Assembly: GCA_000320545.1 (NCBI GenBank)
Contig: ADNK01003515.1
Location: forward strand, 1-55,055
Direction: 5' to 3'
DNA: 55,055 nt
From: Bigelowiella natans CCMP2755
Taxonomy: Eukaryota; Protista; Cercozoa
Positions 1 to 14,152 of this stretch are shown piece after piece; the stretch's first letter is position 1; each line of letters starts with the position of its first letter. The position numbers and the translations under genes were made by a program. A model generated the notes under the pieces. The model was given only the letters and a program-made list of their open reading frames with translations. It was not told the origin of the DNA and did no database searches.

Positions 1-1854
1 CATTGGGGTCATCTTCAAAAAAAAAGGGGGGTCCGCCGCCACCGCCCCCCCCCCCCCCTTTTTCCTCTCTCTCCCAAATCAACATTTCATGCGAATGGCC
101 ACTTTGTGTGACAAGTGGCATTCGCATGTCAAATCATTGAACAGCACAGCGTTTGAATGCGGGGTCATTTCAGAATGATTTCACGTGGAACACACCCCTC
201 CCCCCCCCGTTCACCCCTTTGCAGTGCCTCAAATCCAGCGGCATCTCCTTTGAGATCCTGAAATGAAGCAACGTGTCAAGTTTGTTCAACAAATGATTGA
301 TGATCTGCAAGTTGCAAAACAAAATGTGAAAGAAGCTGAGGCAGCCCATCTGCCTGCGCATGGATGCAATGGCATCAAGCAACACGACACAATGATCTGA
401 AGCAAAAGGATGGATTGACTGTCCAATGACACCTGATGAATGAAATTGAATCACAGTGCAGCTGAGGCAGCTTCACTGCCTGTGGCTGCGCACAGACCAT
501 CACAGATGTGAAAGACCCAACTGTCTCTCGTCAGTGACCTTTTTTTTTCTCCATCCTCCAGTGTGACGACCTTCACATGCCTGCAGATCATGACAACAAT
601 GACAAACGTCAAATGCACCTCCTCAAACTTTGTGGAGGTGTGCAAAATTTTCAGCTGAGGTGGCTCCGCTGCCTGTGGCTTGTGGACTGTGATTTTGGGA
701 TGTGTTGCAGATGCATGCAAAATCTGCAACTGTGCCCCAAAACCAGATCACCTGCAACTTCTGAGTGAAGCACTGCGGCTGTGATGGGGTTGTGTTTGAC
801 ACGACCCCGGAAAGAAAATTCAAGTCAAGGTGGCTTGACCACCTTCAGTTTCTGTGTTTTGAACTTTGCACACACGCCATGGATGCACACACGTTCTGCA
901 GCTTGGACCTCGATGCGAGGTCCCAGCTCCTTTTCTCCCCCCCTGCCCCCACCGACACCGCACCCCCATTGTCCTTGGGTGCGATGTGGGTCCCCTCTGT
1001 TTTCCGCGCCAAGCGAATGAGTGTTCGTTTGTTTGCTGTCGCTCGGACACAGTCGTGGCTCTTTGGTGGAACACCAAAGACGTTCTTTTCCTTTTCAGGG
1101 AGATGTCTCCAGAACATCTCCCGAGTCCTTTTTTTTCAATTTTTTTTTTTTCGGGACGTTGCTGACCTTCCCTCGAGGAAGCGTTGGGCCTTTCCCCCCC
1201 CCTGTCTCTTCCTGATTGACAGGAGAGAGAAAAAGGGAAGCGTGGTCGTGGGATCTTGATCCCAGCTCAACCACCATGGGGTTGATGAGCCCAGCAGCTC
1301 TCAACCCAGAGCAGAGCACGCAGTTTTTCACAACGACTGCATGCATGTGCGTGCATGCACGCAATGCTTTCGTTGTTTTTGTCTGCTCTGGCTGGAGGCC
1401 TCTCTGTTTGTGCACGACAGGTTTTTGAACGATGTTGATCATCATTCATTTTTCCCTGCCATCGCGCAATGTTGCAGCAAGCACTTGGTGTGCAAACTGC
1501 ACTTTGCAATTTGCAGTGCAAATCGAGAGAAAGGGCAGCGGGTTGGAATGCTTTGCATCCAGACCGCGCAGTGCATGCTTGCACCAGCAGCAGCAACGCC
1601 AGATCAATCTGCGGGCGTTCATCAGCTGCGACAAGCAACACGCACACAGTTGAGAATGCAGCCGAAGTGCAATGTGCGACTTCGATGAACTGCCGCGACA
1701 ATGCGTGCAGTGGCTGCTGACCAATGAGGGCCAACCTCTCATGTGTCATCGGGCTGTCACGCCCTCTGTTGATGTTCAGTGCTGCTGGCGCGCACGCTGC
1801 TTCAGGCGATTTCGCCTTGATGAATGTGTTGACATCATCATGCATGTGCATTCC
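1..1854. other. TpA-free, TG/CA-rich hypermutated block (probable degraded repeat/TE or adjacent gene; continues left of the window)
   Basis: Line-by-line reading found no TA dinucleotide before 1855. ORFs lying wholly inside the block lack Tyr and are Cys/His-rich. TA returns gradually over 1855-2520. Confidence 0.8.
88..128. repeat. Near-perfect inverted repeat/hairpin
   Basis: CATGCGAATGGCCACTT-tgtgtgac-AAGTGGCATTCGCATG; the arms are complementary apart from a 1-nt indel. Confidence 0.7.
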
Positions 1855-2532
1855 TACGTCATCATCATCACAGATCTGAGACAGCTGCTTGCCTAGCTGT
1901 TCTCCCCTGCCTTCCTACCTCCACCTGACCATGCTGCCAGTTGCCTGCATTCCGCACCGCCAACAACCCTGCTTCGGCAACACATCTTGAAAACTGGAAC
2001 GAGACAGAACACAAAACTGGCATCACATCGATCCCGTGCACGTGTGCGTTGCTCCTGGCCATGCATGCGTGCGCACGTGTCATGGCCCCGCTCGTCACAT
2101 GGTCCAATGTTGCACGGTTATTATTTGGGCAAGCCAGATGTGCACGACAAGTGATGACTTCGTCACCAGGTGAAGGTTGATGGTGAGATGTGAGGTGACC
2201 AACTCTGTTGCAAAACGGCAGTGCAATGTCAGGTTTCTTTTTTGACCACGCACCAAAAAGATTTCATCACTTGCTTGCTACATTGCATCCGTCTCACGTG
2301 TGTTCTAGCATCAGCTCGTCATGGCTGCCAGACATGTTTGATTTCAACATGACACAAATGAAATGTGACACATGCATTGCATGTGTACCACATTGCTGTG
2401 TCTATTGTACAATGATTAACGTTTTTCGTGGTGTTGACAATTGCAAATGCAAATGGATCAGGTCAAGGGCTAAAGTCAGGGGCAGATCTCACGTCACGAC
2501 ACTGATTGTCGACGGCGTTTTTGCTCATCCAC

Positions 2533-3660
2533 CTATTTATATTCGCATATCCGCCTATTTTCATCCGCCAACATGCTGAACAATGACCGAACTTGAGGAT
2601 GCTCAGTTTCAAATTGACGACAAGCTCTGGCCCAAGTGTTCCACAAGTAGCGTGAGTTGTTAGATCTGTCAATGTCTAGACCCGAATTAGGCCAAGGCTT
2701 GCCGGCGCCTGCATAATGTATGACTCTCCAACTTTCGCGATGTCTAAACACAGTGTCCTCAATGTTGTAAAATTCTCCAACCGAACGGTTAGCGAGAGTG
2801 GTAATCGAATTTCCAGCCACTGCAAGAGTCTCTATGGAGTAGAACCATGGAAGGACGTACACCATGTCATTCCAAAGAAGGTTCAACACACCTTGATCAA
2901 ATGGGCCTGGAAACGATGTATAAAGTTCGCATTCGTGCACCATTCTGCACGCAACAGCGTGAAGTTCAGACAATTCAGCTAGAGAAGGCTTAAAAACTAG
3001 GAAATCGCCGTTTATTGATGGATTCAACATGTTTAACTCGCCAGTTGTTTGGAGGAATATATCCACGGCTCCAGCGGGGATATTAGGACTTAATAACTGA
3101 TCATCAAAGGAGCCGACGACAAGGTTATCGGCTCCAATCCAAACAATTCTATCGCATTGAAGCAGACGCCACGCATTAAATTTGAGCCAATATGTGTTAT
3201 TCAAGATGTGCGGCATCGTGATGTATTCATCCCAGACGTCGAATGACGTTTTCATTTTGTCGATGATGGATTTGCTTTCCTTGTCGGTGAGAAGGATTAG
3301 ATGGGGTAACAGCTTCGAGTGCTGACGTATTGAATCGCCAAGAATTAGGGCCGACAGAGCGTACTCTTCCTTGAGGCCAACATGCATGGTCACAACGCAA
3401 TATGGATGCTTTCCGATGTCCGAATTAGGAACAGTGTATGCATCAAAGTCGATGCTTCCACAGACAGCATCCTTTGTCGCATTCGGAAATTTCGAACAAA
3501 ACCGTGGCGGAACTGGCACCGTTACCGGTTCATAATGCTCACCATGGCTACCATGGCTAAAGTAAGAAGTCCATTCAAGACAAATTAAGGTGATCACCAA
3601 TGTAATTGTGACCGCCAAGAGCCTCCTGTTGGTGGCGATTGTCTGCATGAACGAGGGCAT
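2533..3660 (-). CDS. Glycosyltransferase family 8 (glycogenin-like), type II membrane protein, intronless
   Basis: 375-aa ORF with an N-terminal TM (LLAVTITLVITLICLEW) and GT8 motifs YALSALILGDSIR, KFNAWRLLQCDRIVWIGADNLV (DxD position reads GAD), FLVFKPS, DQGVLN and VIHYAGAGKPW. Confidence 0.85.
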   Translation of the reverse strand: MPSFMQTIATNRRLLAVTITLVITLICLEWTSYFSHGSHGEHYEPVTVPVPPRFCSKFPNATKDAVCGSIDFDAYTVPNSDIGKHPYCVVTMHVGLKEEYALSALILGDSIRQHSKLLPHLILLTDKESKSIIDKMKTSFDVWDEYITMPHILNNTYWLKFNAWRLLQCDRIVWIGADNLVVGSFDDQLLSPNIPAGAVDIFLQTTGELNMLNPSINGDFLVFKPSLAELSELHAVACRMVHECELYTSFPGPFDQGVLNLLWNDMVYVLPWFYSIETLAVAGNSITTLANRSVGEFYNIEDTVFRHRESWRVIHYAGAGKPWPNSGLDIDRSNNSRYLWNTWARACRQFETEHPQVRSLFSMLADENRRICEYK

Positions 3661-3740
3661 CGACCCATGACTAAAGCACTTAATCTATGAAGATCTAATT
3701 TTACGTCAACGAGAAATGGTGCTACGTATCCCAGCTCTCT

Positions 3741-3830
3741 CTCTCCAGAGACCTTTGGACGAATCTCCGGACACTCTCCCAGTGAGTGGGGGGACACATC
3801 TCCGGACATCTCTGGACTCTCCGGACAAAC
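3741..3830. promoter_or_regulatory. Cluster of TCTCCGGACA-like motifs upstream of the GT8 gene
   Basis: TCTCCGGACA occurs 3 times, with variants TCTCCAGAGA and TCTCTGGACT, about 80-170 bp upstream of the GT8 ATG. Confidence 0.3.
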
Positions 3831-4047
3831 TCTCATAATCCTCAGGGAGGGGAGTAATTAATCATCCTGAGGAAAAACTTCTACGTAAGAAATCGAGCAA
3901 TGATGATGTTTCTGCCTTCCATCTTAGTTAGTTAGTTACTCTGTTCGCATCCTCGACTTCCCAGTTATGTTTTTGCATCTTAGTACAACCTCCGTGAAAA
4001 AAGAGTCACGAAATCCTTATTTGCTGCAGTAATGTCGATAATAATCG

Positions 4048-4080
<33 letters not shown>

Positions 4081-4606
4081 TTGCAAGCACCGCCTTCGGG
4101 GCTTATTGAACGCCTGTCGCACGAATCACGCCCCCACCGCAGCACAAGCAGCCCCAAATCGTATTTCTTAAGCACAATAATAGCATGGAATCTCCCTGAG
4201 CAATATACCGCCGACCGATGGAACCGGACCAAATACCTTTCGACGAAGTGGTACTACTGTGCCTCCTAATATTAGTATTGTTAAACTACTTTGCCACGTG
4301 CCGACAGCTGAATTGAAACGAATCAGGTTAGTCGGGGTTCTGCGAGTCCGGAAGGACCAAGGATGAGCAAGAAGTTGCCGCACACACTGCGCGGAAAACG
4401 CGAAACGAAAAGACTTGCGAGTGCGGCTGTTCGTCCTAATGACGCCAAGCTAGAGGATGGAAATCGCAGCAGCATCGAAGGAAATATACAAAAACTGTAG
4501 TCACTGCTTGAAGATATTCGAGTATTATCGACTAGGTTACAGGTGACTCGCTCATTAAGAAAAAAATGATTTGTTTTACATTAAACTCTGTTACTGCAAC
4601 GACAGG

Positions 4607-5420
4607 TATCTCCTGAACAGTTCGGAATCAAATGCGTTCTCTTTGTCTTCGATTTGGAGAGGTAGCTTGAGAGCTAAAATGAGAGTGACGATTAGAGAGC
4701 CTGTGTTATTATGTTTCTTTGCCATCATTTACCACATCGGGATCACGTCGTCGCATCTCGCTCTGATATGTATTAGAATACTGAGCATCCACATTGCATC
4801 TCGTTCTGATATGTATTAGAATACTGAGCATCCACATTACATCCGCATTTTATGATAATAATATTCGCAGTGGGAAGCGGCAAAAAGAGGTTGATTTTTT
4901 GGTTGGAAGCATATTTTTCATTGAGTACCTTCTATGGTTTTGGGTCGCAGAGTCCCGGTAACCAACTCCTTCCAATTTTAAACGAGGAATGCGTTCTTCG
5001 GAACTATTCATATTACTCATCGAAAAGCTTATCCTGGACCTCATCTCTCTTTCTCTTCTTTCTCGTTTTATCTGTCATGTTTCAAGACTACGATATCTAG
5101 CTTCGTAGTACGGAATCATAGACCTGATGTCCTGCATTTCTGTCTAAATTTACTCCGGCAAGGAATTCGACGTGAAAGTCGCGCTTTCTGCAGAGCGTAG
5201 CAATCAAAGTAGAAGAGTTATAACACATCAAAAATAAGCATAGGCGGAGAAGCAATTGGGATGTAGTGAATACTGTATGGTGATGACGATCATGATGAAG
5301 GTAGTGGAGTGGAAAGGTCAGGCCACGTTTAAGGTTTAAGTGCACGAGCACCTGCGGTTGCAGCCTGCTTATCTTACCAAAGAAGAAATCCTCGGTCTCC
5401 AAAAACCTGAAGTTCAGAGA
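4607..5420 (+). pseudogene. Possible ion-transport (voltage-sensor-like) gene fragments
   Basis: Putative exons translate to EVDFLVGSIFFIEYLLWFWVAESR (S2-like) and YGIIDLMSCISV (S3-like). No complete model could be assembled and stops flank the second peptide. Confidence 0.25.
4753..4843 (+). repeat. Tandem duplication, 43-bp unit x2
   Basis: GCATCTCGYTCTGATATGTATTAGAATACTGAGCATCCACATT occurs twice, followed by a partial third unit. Confidence 0.85.
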
Positions 5421-5789
5421 GGTAGTGCCGTATAAGTGAATCTATACTGCTGCTACCGCGAACAGCAGCCGCGTTATGGAATGCTGGAAAGAACTTGAAA
5501 TGGGTGCTGGTGGGATCGTTAGATGGAATGGGCGGCTTCTTCATGCGTCCAAACAGCCAACACGACGGTGCGATGAAGAAGAAGAAGAAGAAGAAGAAGA
5601 AGAAGAAGAGGAAGAATACAGAAATTCTCCAAAAGAATTGAAATTTTTCATCTGATAGAAACACTCAACATCCATCATCGTAATCGTTATCACTACCATT
5701 GCTGTTGTCGTAGCATACGAGCATCGTGTTCCTTTTTCTCGGCAATTTAGGTGTGTCAAACCTCATACGTAAATATTTAATATACAACA

Positions 5790-5845
<56 letters not shown>
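5790..5845. repeat. Compound (CA)n(TA)n microsatellite
   Basis: Read directly; similar arrangement at about 15066-15136. Confidence 0.9.
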
Positions 5846-7629
5846 GTATGGAATGACAATATGTAGGAGTATTCTCATGGAGATGGAGCATCAATAGCAT
5901 CGCTGTTTATGAAGAGGGCGAAAGTAAATATAATGTGAGAAATTCTGAAATAAGGAAAATGCAAATGATATTTACTGCTGACAAACTCGAATAATGTCAA
6001 TAAGAAGCTTTGTAAACAAGTAAATCCTGCGTCCACGTAGCTCACTGGCTCGGTGTGCGTAGCGCAGCGCAGCACATGTGATAGCGCCATGTGTCTCTCT
6101 GGAGGCGTAAAGCAGCTGAGATATTATTACATCCTTTACAAAATGTTATATGCATGTAGACATAAGCTAGACTAGTAGAAAAGCTACAATATATTAATAC
6201 ATATAGATTATAGCCTTCGTGCAATGCAACACATTGCACATTTAGACACACATATGGGCGTGGGTATGCATGCGCACAGGACAATGGTCAGGCTACGAGG
6301 TTGAAGTACCCGGCAGCTACACTCTGAAGCAGGAAAGGATTCAACAATCATGTTGTCCTGTTGCGTGTGGGTTTGGCGCGGTGATTAAAATAATGTAAAC
6401 TCTGGCTCCGTCTATAATCTATAGGTCTTTGTTTGAGGCACAGTGCAACAGTGAAAATATTGTGTGCAACGATTAAAATACTTCTATGCAAATATTGTCT
6501 CAGTCTCTGTATTCAAGCACTACTCGCAGTAGGCGAGCATGCATTTGTGCGATAGCAAATGCACTAGGCAGCTTTATATTGCTATAGACACTTCTGTTTA
6601 CATTACACTAACATGTGTTATTCACATTCTATATCACGCACGCGTGCGCGTGTATGTAACACATGGCCGGAAATCCATTTAAATATTAAAAAAATGCTTT
6701 ACTTTGTGCTCATTCTGCAACTGTTAACCAAGCGAGCCATGATCGATCACGAAGAGAAGACGTGCATTTGTACATTGAAATGAGGTGCGTGGAGCCAGAA
6801 GAGCGCCTTGCTGCGACAAGAGAGAAAGCCCCCTTAATTACATGCATCGCTGAGGAAGTGCACAGTAGAACATCTATCCGATTTTCTCATCTGCTCTAGC
6901 TAGCTAGTGCTGCATGCATGTGCGTCCAATTGTTTGTCGCCAATGAATCGAATAATGCCCTACGTTTCGTGTGCTGCCAGGCTAACAGGCATCACTACTG
7001 ATCAAGTACACAAGATCTGCAGTGGCAGTGACACAGTTCTAGAATGAATGCATCTGTTGTTGCCAATAAGACCAATTCGTGCTATTTGCATCTTCATGGA
7101 CTGGTTTGCTCAAACTTTGTTCAGGATATACTGCGATCATTTGGGCGATGTGGAGAGCACCACTCGGCTAGCCTAGCTAGATAGAGCTGTGTGAATCACG
7201 TTTGAACGCTCACAAACTACGTTGCATCTAGCAAAGCTGATCATGCTCCAAAGTTGCACATGCAGCAAGATCCATTTTTGTGCGACTTATTATTCTGGCA
7301 CATAGTGGAAACAATGAGTTTTCACAGAATAACTAGCATTCAATTACCTTTCATGGCAGCAATTAAAGTCGCATGTCAGTTTCATATTTATATTACTACT
7401 TTGCTAAAATTATCCTGATCATTCTTTTGCTGCTGCTAGTGCTGCTACTATATTTGTGAGGGAGAGATTTCATATTGTTGCTATGCAACTCTAGGACGAC
7501 GCTGTTGTCGTTGTTGTCGCATTAGCACGTATCTCAGGTTGAACAAAGTGCTACTCACTTTTGCCGCGAAAGATGAAAGTAAAGTTTTGCTAACGTCGAT
7601 AGCAACAATTGCTGCAATCATGCACACAG

Positions 7630-8251
7630 TTAATACAGCCTGAACAACACAAAGACCACATCAATACCAATAACGATGCATAAATAAACTCTGAAATCAC
7701 CTTCCAATTTACCCCCAAAAACATGATTAAAATAATTTAGTTGGTGTGTACTACTACTATGTACCTTTGGATTAGAGAGGCATCTTTTGATATGCACTCT
7801 TGTAAGAATTTTTTGCACACGTCTCCACCTAGGGTTGGTAACTACGGTTAGTGTTATTGCTACTACTGTTACGATTATTGTTGATAGATATTCATAAAAA
7901 CGACGTAGTAGAGAGGATGGTGCTGATACTAATAGTAGTACCTTCTCTCCCTTTCCTCCGGTGTGACTCTAGCATCCACGGCTGCAGTAGCAATTATACT
8001 ACTAGTAGCAGTATTACTGGTGGTAGAAGTGCTTGTACTTCTCATTGCTAACAAACAAACAGGTAGGAGGAGGAGGAGAAGAAGAAGAAGGAAAAAAACA
8101 ACAACTCTCAGTATTATTATTCCAGTGGGTAGGATCAAGGAGTTGAAAGTGGTAGGTATGATAAAGGGAGAAGAATCATCAGAGGAATCACCAATGTATT
8201 GTAAAGATAATGCTAACAACATCTCTCTCACTTTCTCTCGACAAGCACACC

Positions 8252-8285
<34 letters not shown>

Positions 8286-9112
8286 AATGACGATGCAGCA
8301 GCAGCTACAATTACTTTCGAGCCACCACCCCTGCTACTATCACTACCAGTATTGCGACGACTACTACTTCTACTACTTTTGTTTGAGGTACTGCTGCTGC
8401 TGCTGCTTGTCCTCCTTATACCCGCCTCCTCTATGATTAAACATTGATTGAGACAATGATGATCAACACTCAGAAAGAAGAAAAAAAATGGATAACATTA
8501 AGAATATATAAATATCTTATCACTGCAAAAGAAGCAGCAGCATGCGAATCATGATGATGATGATCATCTTTTCGATCGTGGTGGAATATACAACGACGGC
8601 GATATGACATACTACCATCCTGCGTGGTGGCAAACACTTGATTTTTAATGAACCCCCTCACCATATGAGAAATCTACCAACAACACACACACACACACAC
8701 ACACATTAAAGAGTATGGGCAGATTATATCATATATACATACGATGAAGGAGGAGGACAATATGGCGCTGGAGGAGGAGGAGGAGGAAAGAGGGGGAGGA
8801 TGGTGTACCACTACTACCACTGCTGCTGCTACTACTACTACTACTACTACTACTTGGTAATCAAGTTGAGATTGGGCCTTAAAACGCATTGGAGAAACAT
8901 ATCCTAACAGACGACGTAGCAGCCTTTCGGTGTTCTAACGATACGAGTACAACGATGACGATGATGATGATGACAATGATGATGATGATCATGTGAGAAA
9001 CTTTGGATCCTATTCTCCAACAACATCATATTCTCCAACAACATCAATCATCAATTAAGCTAGTGATGACCCTCATAATTCATTATTTATCTGATCGATA
9101 TTTATCTGATCG

Positions 9113-9153
<41 letters not shown>

Positions 9154-10502
9154 TTGTCTTTTCCCTTTTCGCCTTATATACCCCCCCTTTCACTGCTATT
9201 CCAGAAGCAGCAGAAGACAACAACTATTCTCATCATCATCATCTCACATAATCACGAAGTACATCATCGTCTTTCTACTGCTGCTGCTGCTGCTGCTGTT
9301 ACCAGTTGGTATATAATCCGTCGTAGGGCAGCACCGTCAGGAGAAGAAAGAAGGGTTTTGATAACATCTGATCAAGACCAACACCGTCAGAAGAAGAAAG
9401 AAGGGTTTTGATAACATCTGATCATTCGTTGTGTATAAATAGTAGGAAGTAACAGTAGTAATGACATTAATAATAATAATAATAATAATATAATAATAGT
9501 AACGACCAACAACAAATAAATCATGAGTGAAGAAATCGAACGTAAAGCTTGGCTATAGTTGATAGATCAGATGATAATCATCTTCACCATGATGATTCTC
9601 TTGATAATATATCGGGAACATACTGATTATTACCTGTGAGGTGTTGTTGTTGTTGTTGTTGTCTCCTATTCTCCTCCTCCCCTTTCTCAGTATTATCTCC
9701 CACACTTGTTCCTTCCTGCATTGTCGTATCCATTCTCTCCGTTCTTTGCGCTTCTACTACTAATTATGATGGCAGAGAAGAAGGAGTGGGAGGAAGAGGA
9801 GGAAATATGATTATTGATGATTCTCTCTCGCTTTCGCTACAACCAATAGTAACTAGTGCTACTAATTCTTTACTTCTGGTACTACTACTTACTTCCGGCG
9901 GCCTCTTCCAGTATGCTGCTGCTGCTGCTATCTTCTCTATTATTATTATCCGAAAAGAGGCCTTTCAATCTACGTATCATCATATAAAAGAAACTCGAAT
10001 CAATCAATCAATGATGATGCTGATGATGCTGATGATGATTGTTGTCCATAACATAGCCCCTCCTCCTCCTCCTCCTCCTTCTGATTTGTTGTTCTTACTA
10101 AAGAGTGATACATACATACATACATACATACATACATACAGCGGTGAAGAATGAGGAGGCAACCAAAGACAACAATATGCTAACATACTAACACCGCACA
10201 ATCACCTATCAATGTTCAGATCTCCCTCTTTTGTAAGGACTAGACTAATCAAAGAATCCTGTCCTGAATGATGATATTGATGATGATGATGATGACGATG
10301 ATGATGATGATAGCGTGATGATGATGATGATGATGATGTTAATGTTATTTTTTTTTAAATCAAAATCAATAGATTATGCGAAGAAATTGCTATACTTTTT
10401 ATCAGAATATGAAATGTATTAATGACAGTGATATGAGGAGAGAGAGGGGAGTGGGAAGGGTTGGTGTACAATTATTCTGCATACATACATGTACTACTGA
10501 AC

Positions 10503-10534
<32 letters not shown>

Positions 10535-10650
10535 CGATGACCTTTCTTTGTTGTCGGAGTCAAAGCTCTCCTCAGCGCATGGGGATATGCGAGTTCTGTG
10601 GCAATATTATATGATATTTACGTTACATTTGTTATATGATATATGATAAT

Positions 10651-10687
<37 letters not shown>

Positions 10688-11019
10688 TAAAGAAGAATGA
10701 GAGGTAAATAAAAATACCATGAAGCAGTAGATGATGATACATGAGTCATGTTGTTATTATTATTATGGTGATGATGATGATGATGAAGATGATGATGATA
10801 ACAATGGGGAGAGAGACCATAAGTCAGAAGCTGCTGCTACTGCTACTACTACGACTAGTACCTAAAGCATTGAAAGGTGGGGTCATTCTTCCCGCAAAGC
10901 CATCAAGTGTGATTACACTTCGGATTATGAATAACATCCACTCCGGCAAGGTGAATCTGATCATAAATGATGATGATCACGAATGCCAATGTAATTGTGA
11001 TGATGCTGTTGTTGTTGTC

Positions 11020-11056
<37 letters not shown>

Positions 11057-11287
11057 GTATGCCAGTATGCATAGGTAGTAATGTTTTTGTTTTGTTGTTG
11101 TTGTTGTAATATGCAAAGGAGGCAATGAACCACCGGTATTGAAAGCTGAGCTCTGTGAGACGCGTAGTGATCTCCGAGAAAGTTCTTTTTCTCTTTTTCT
11201 TCTTTTCACCATCTATAGTGTTAGTGTAGTGTGTGAGTAAGTAATGATCATAATATGTTTGAAACCTATTACAGACAAACCATTGTT

Positions 11288-11333
<46 letters not shown>

Positions 11334-12382
11334 GCTTGTTATAATTACTACCGTTTTGAAGTTGTGATTGGGAGGAATACAATGTTTCTTCTTGCTTTTC
11401 ATTATCATTACTATCAGCGTCCAGAGAGGTCTTAAAGGCCGTTAGAAATTCATCTTCAGTAACATCCTTCCACACGCCTACTCATGGTAAACAGCAAGAA
11501 TACAAGGTGTCACCATATAAAACTGAATAATAGTATGATTCATGATTCATATGATCATCTTACATCTTACATGATGAGAAAACAACAACTGTAAGAGTAC
11601 TACTTACTTAGTACAACGTAAGATATTCATAGTACTTCATAGTAGTGTTGTCGTAGTCGTGGCGTGTTGTTGAAGCACTATTTGAATAATGTCTTTTCTC
11701 TCTCTCTTCTACTAACGACAGCAATGAGCACACAGCAAGCCATAGCAGCAGCACCTTGTCCTAATCCATCCTGAGGGTTTCCGTACTTATCCGCCCATAT
11801 CTATCATCATCATCATCATCATCATGATCATCATTTTAGAATCATTAAGTACAAGTGATGTAAGCACCAGTACGAACGTACTTACCGCAGGTTGTGATGG
11901 TAAAAGACCTAAAGTGCGGTAGTCTTCTATAAGACCTATTGTTGTGTTATTATTATTATTAGTATTATTATAATTATTCAATTATTATTACAGAAAACCA
12001 AGTGTGCTAGTAGTCTCCTTTATGAGACGACCTTGTACTTGATTGGTTGTTATGTTATTACAACATAAGAAGAAGGAGAAGAAGAAGAAGAAGTTTAGTA
12101 GATAGTGGGTAGATTAGTAAGTAGTAGTAGTAGTATTAGTAGTGGTGGTGGTAGTAGTAGTGCTACTTATTCACAAGGTGCTGTAGTGAGTACTACTTAA
12201 CTATTATTATTATTATTGTTGTTGTTATTGTTGTTGTTGTTATGCTCATCTGTCTTTCTGTCACTCCTACTACTACATCTCCACTCTATTACTACTACTA
12301 GTACTACTACTAAAAACCACCTTCCCAATCTTCATCCAACGTATGCACAATAGACCCAGCCATTGCCTAGAAGTACCAATCG

Positions 12383-12418
<36 letters not shown>

Positions 12419-12733
12419 GCACAATAACACTCACAAGTAACCCCATCTAATGGCTACATTCTTACCTCTTTCTGCTCTTGAGTAACACGTGTCACCTTGG
12501 CATCAATGAAATAGTGATGATATATATATTGAGGAGATTGAGGAAAATAATAAATAACAGCCTCCTCTCTTCCTTCTACTCTTTCGTGTACCATCATGTT
12601 GTTGTTGTTGTTGTTGTTGTTGTTGTATGTGTATTAATATTCTCAATACATCATCTTCCTCACATCATCACCATCACCTCCAACAGCAAATAGAGCAGCA
12701 GGGACATCACTACTACTACTACTACTACAACCA

Positions 12734-12767
<34 letters not shown>

Positions 12768-13148
12768 GTAATACTACAACCAATCCAAAGTCCAAGAGAA
12801 CAAGCTTTCCGTCGTTGTCGTATAGCATATTTCCGTAGTGTGGGTCAGCATGAACGATACCTAATATGGATGGATAGTCATGATAAGGATGTTCTTGTTC
12901 TTCTTGTTCTTTCTTCCTACCTACCTGTACTTAAAAGCTGTGAGAAACAGATATCAATCCCCATTTGCACCATTTTCCTCTGATCTTTTGCTGGTAAATC
13001 AGTCAACTTCCTGCCATCAATCCATTCTGACCATAGATAATGATGATGATGATGATCATGATCATGATGGCGATGATGATGATGAGGCCGAATAATCCAT
13101 GCCTCCTTCCGAAGAAAGAACCCTTTGGTTTGATGTAGTGACGTAGTG

Positions 13149-13179
<31 letters not shown>

Positions 13180-14113
13180 CAGTGGTAGTAGTAGTAGTAG
13201 TGGTAGTAGTAGTATCCCCCTAGTGCTAGTACTATTAAGTGGTGGTAGCAGTAGTAGTGGTAGTAGTAGTATCCCCCTAGTACTAGTACTATTAAGTGGT
13301 GGCGAGTAGTAGAAGTAGTAGAAGTAGTAGAAGTAGTAGAAGTAGTAGTAGTACCTAGAGTTAAGACCCTTTCAGTAACATACTGAGGAAGAGATCTTGG
13401 AACACGTAGGAAAGCTATATGAGAATGGGCCTAGATTGAACAAATAATAATAATAATAATAATAATCAAAATAATAAATAACGGAGTGGTGGAGAAAGGA
13501 AGTAGGAAAAGAGTCGTTAGTCATATGGTGAGTAGCACTGTTTGAGTAGAGAGTGATAGAAAGAGATCGAAAATAAGAGAGAGAGATAGAGAAAGAGAGT
13601 GAGGGGGGGGAGGAGTGGAGTACCAAGGTAATGTTGATTTACACCATCACCACTACCAGCAGCAAGCGTATTATTTGTGGTGGTGGTGGTACTACTAGTA
13701 AATAGTAGTAGTAGTAGAATAATGAATAGATGGGTGTGAATAGATGATTGAATGCATGGATCAGTACGACGAGAGATCGAACATCAATAATAATAATAAT
13801 AATATCTAATTGTGCCAGTTTTTGGTTCATTACTAATCCTACTACTAGTAGTAGTACTAGTCTCTTCGCTATTATCTTTGGAAACACATCATCCATCCAT
13901 CCGTGATCTATGCCTATTATCATCTAACCCTATCTATCTCTTTCTTCTTGCTTTACCACTCACTCACTTATCTATGCTATCCTCACCGCTGCAAACTCCT
14001 TGGCGTTGTGAGCTTCTTGACGAAAATCAAGCTCTTCTAGCAGCCCACTACCCACTTCATTAAATAATAATTCGTAATCTCGATCAGCACCAGCAAATAT
14101 CCTGATCAGTATG

Positions 14114-14152
<39 letters not shown>

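Noticed and set aside
2533-3660. GT8 as a DNA base-J-type glucosyltransferase linked to the mutation system
   Set aside because: It has an N-terminal membrane anchor and glycogenin-like motifs typical of secretory-pathway enzymes; adjacency alone is not evidence.
7851-13923. Poly-M/D/H/I/S/Y ORFs in the ORF track (also at 49500-53000)
   Set aside because: Translations of intronic trinucleotide microsatellites in ABC1K and YchF.
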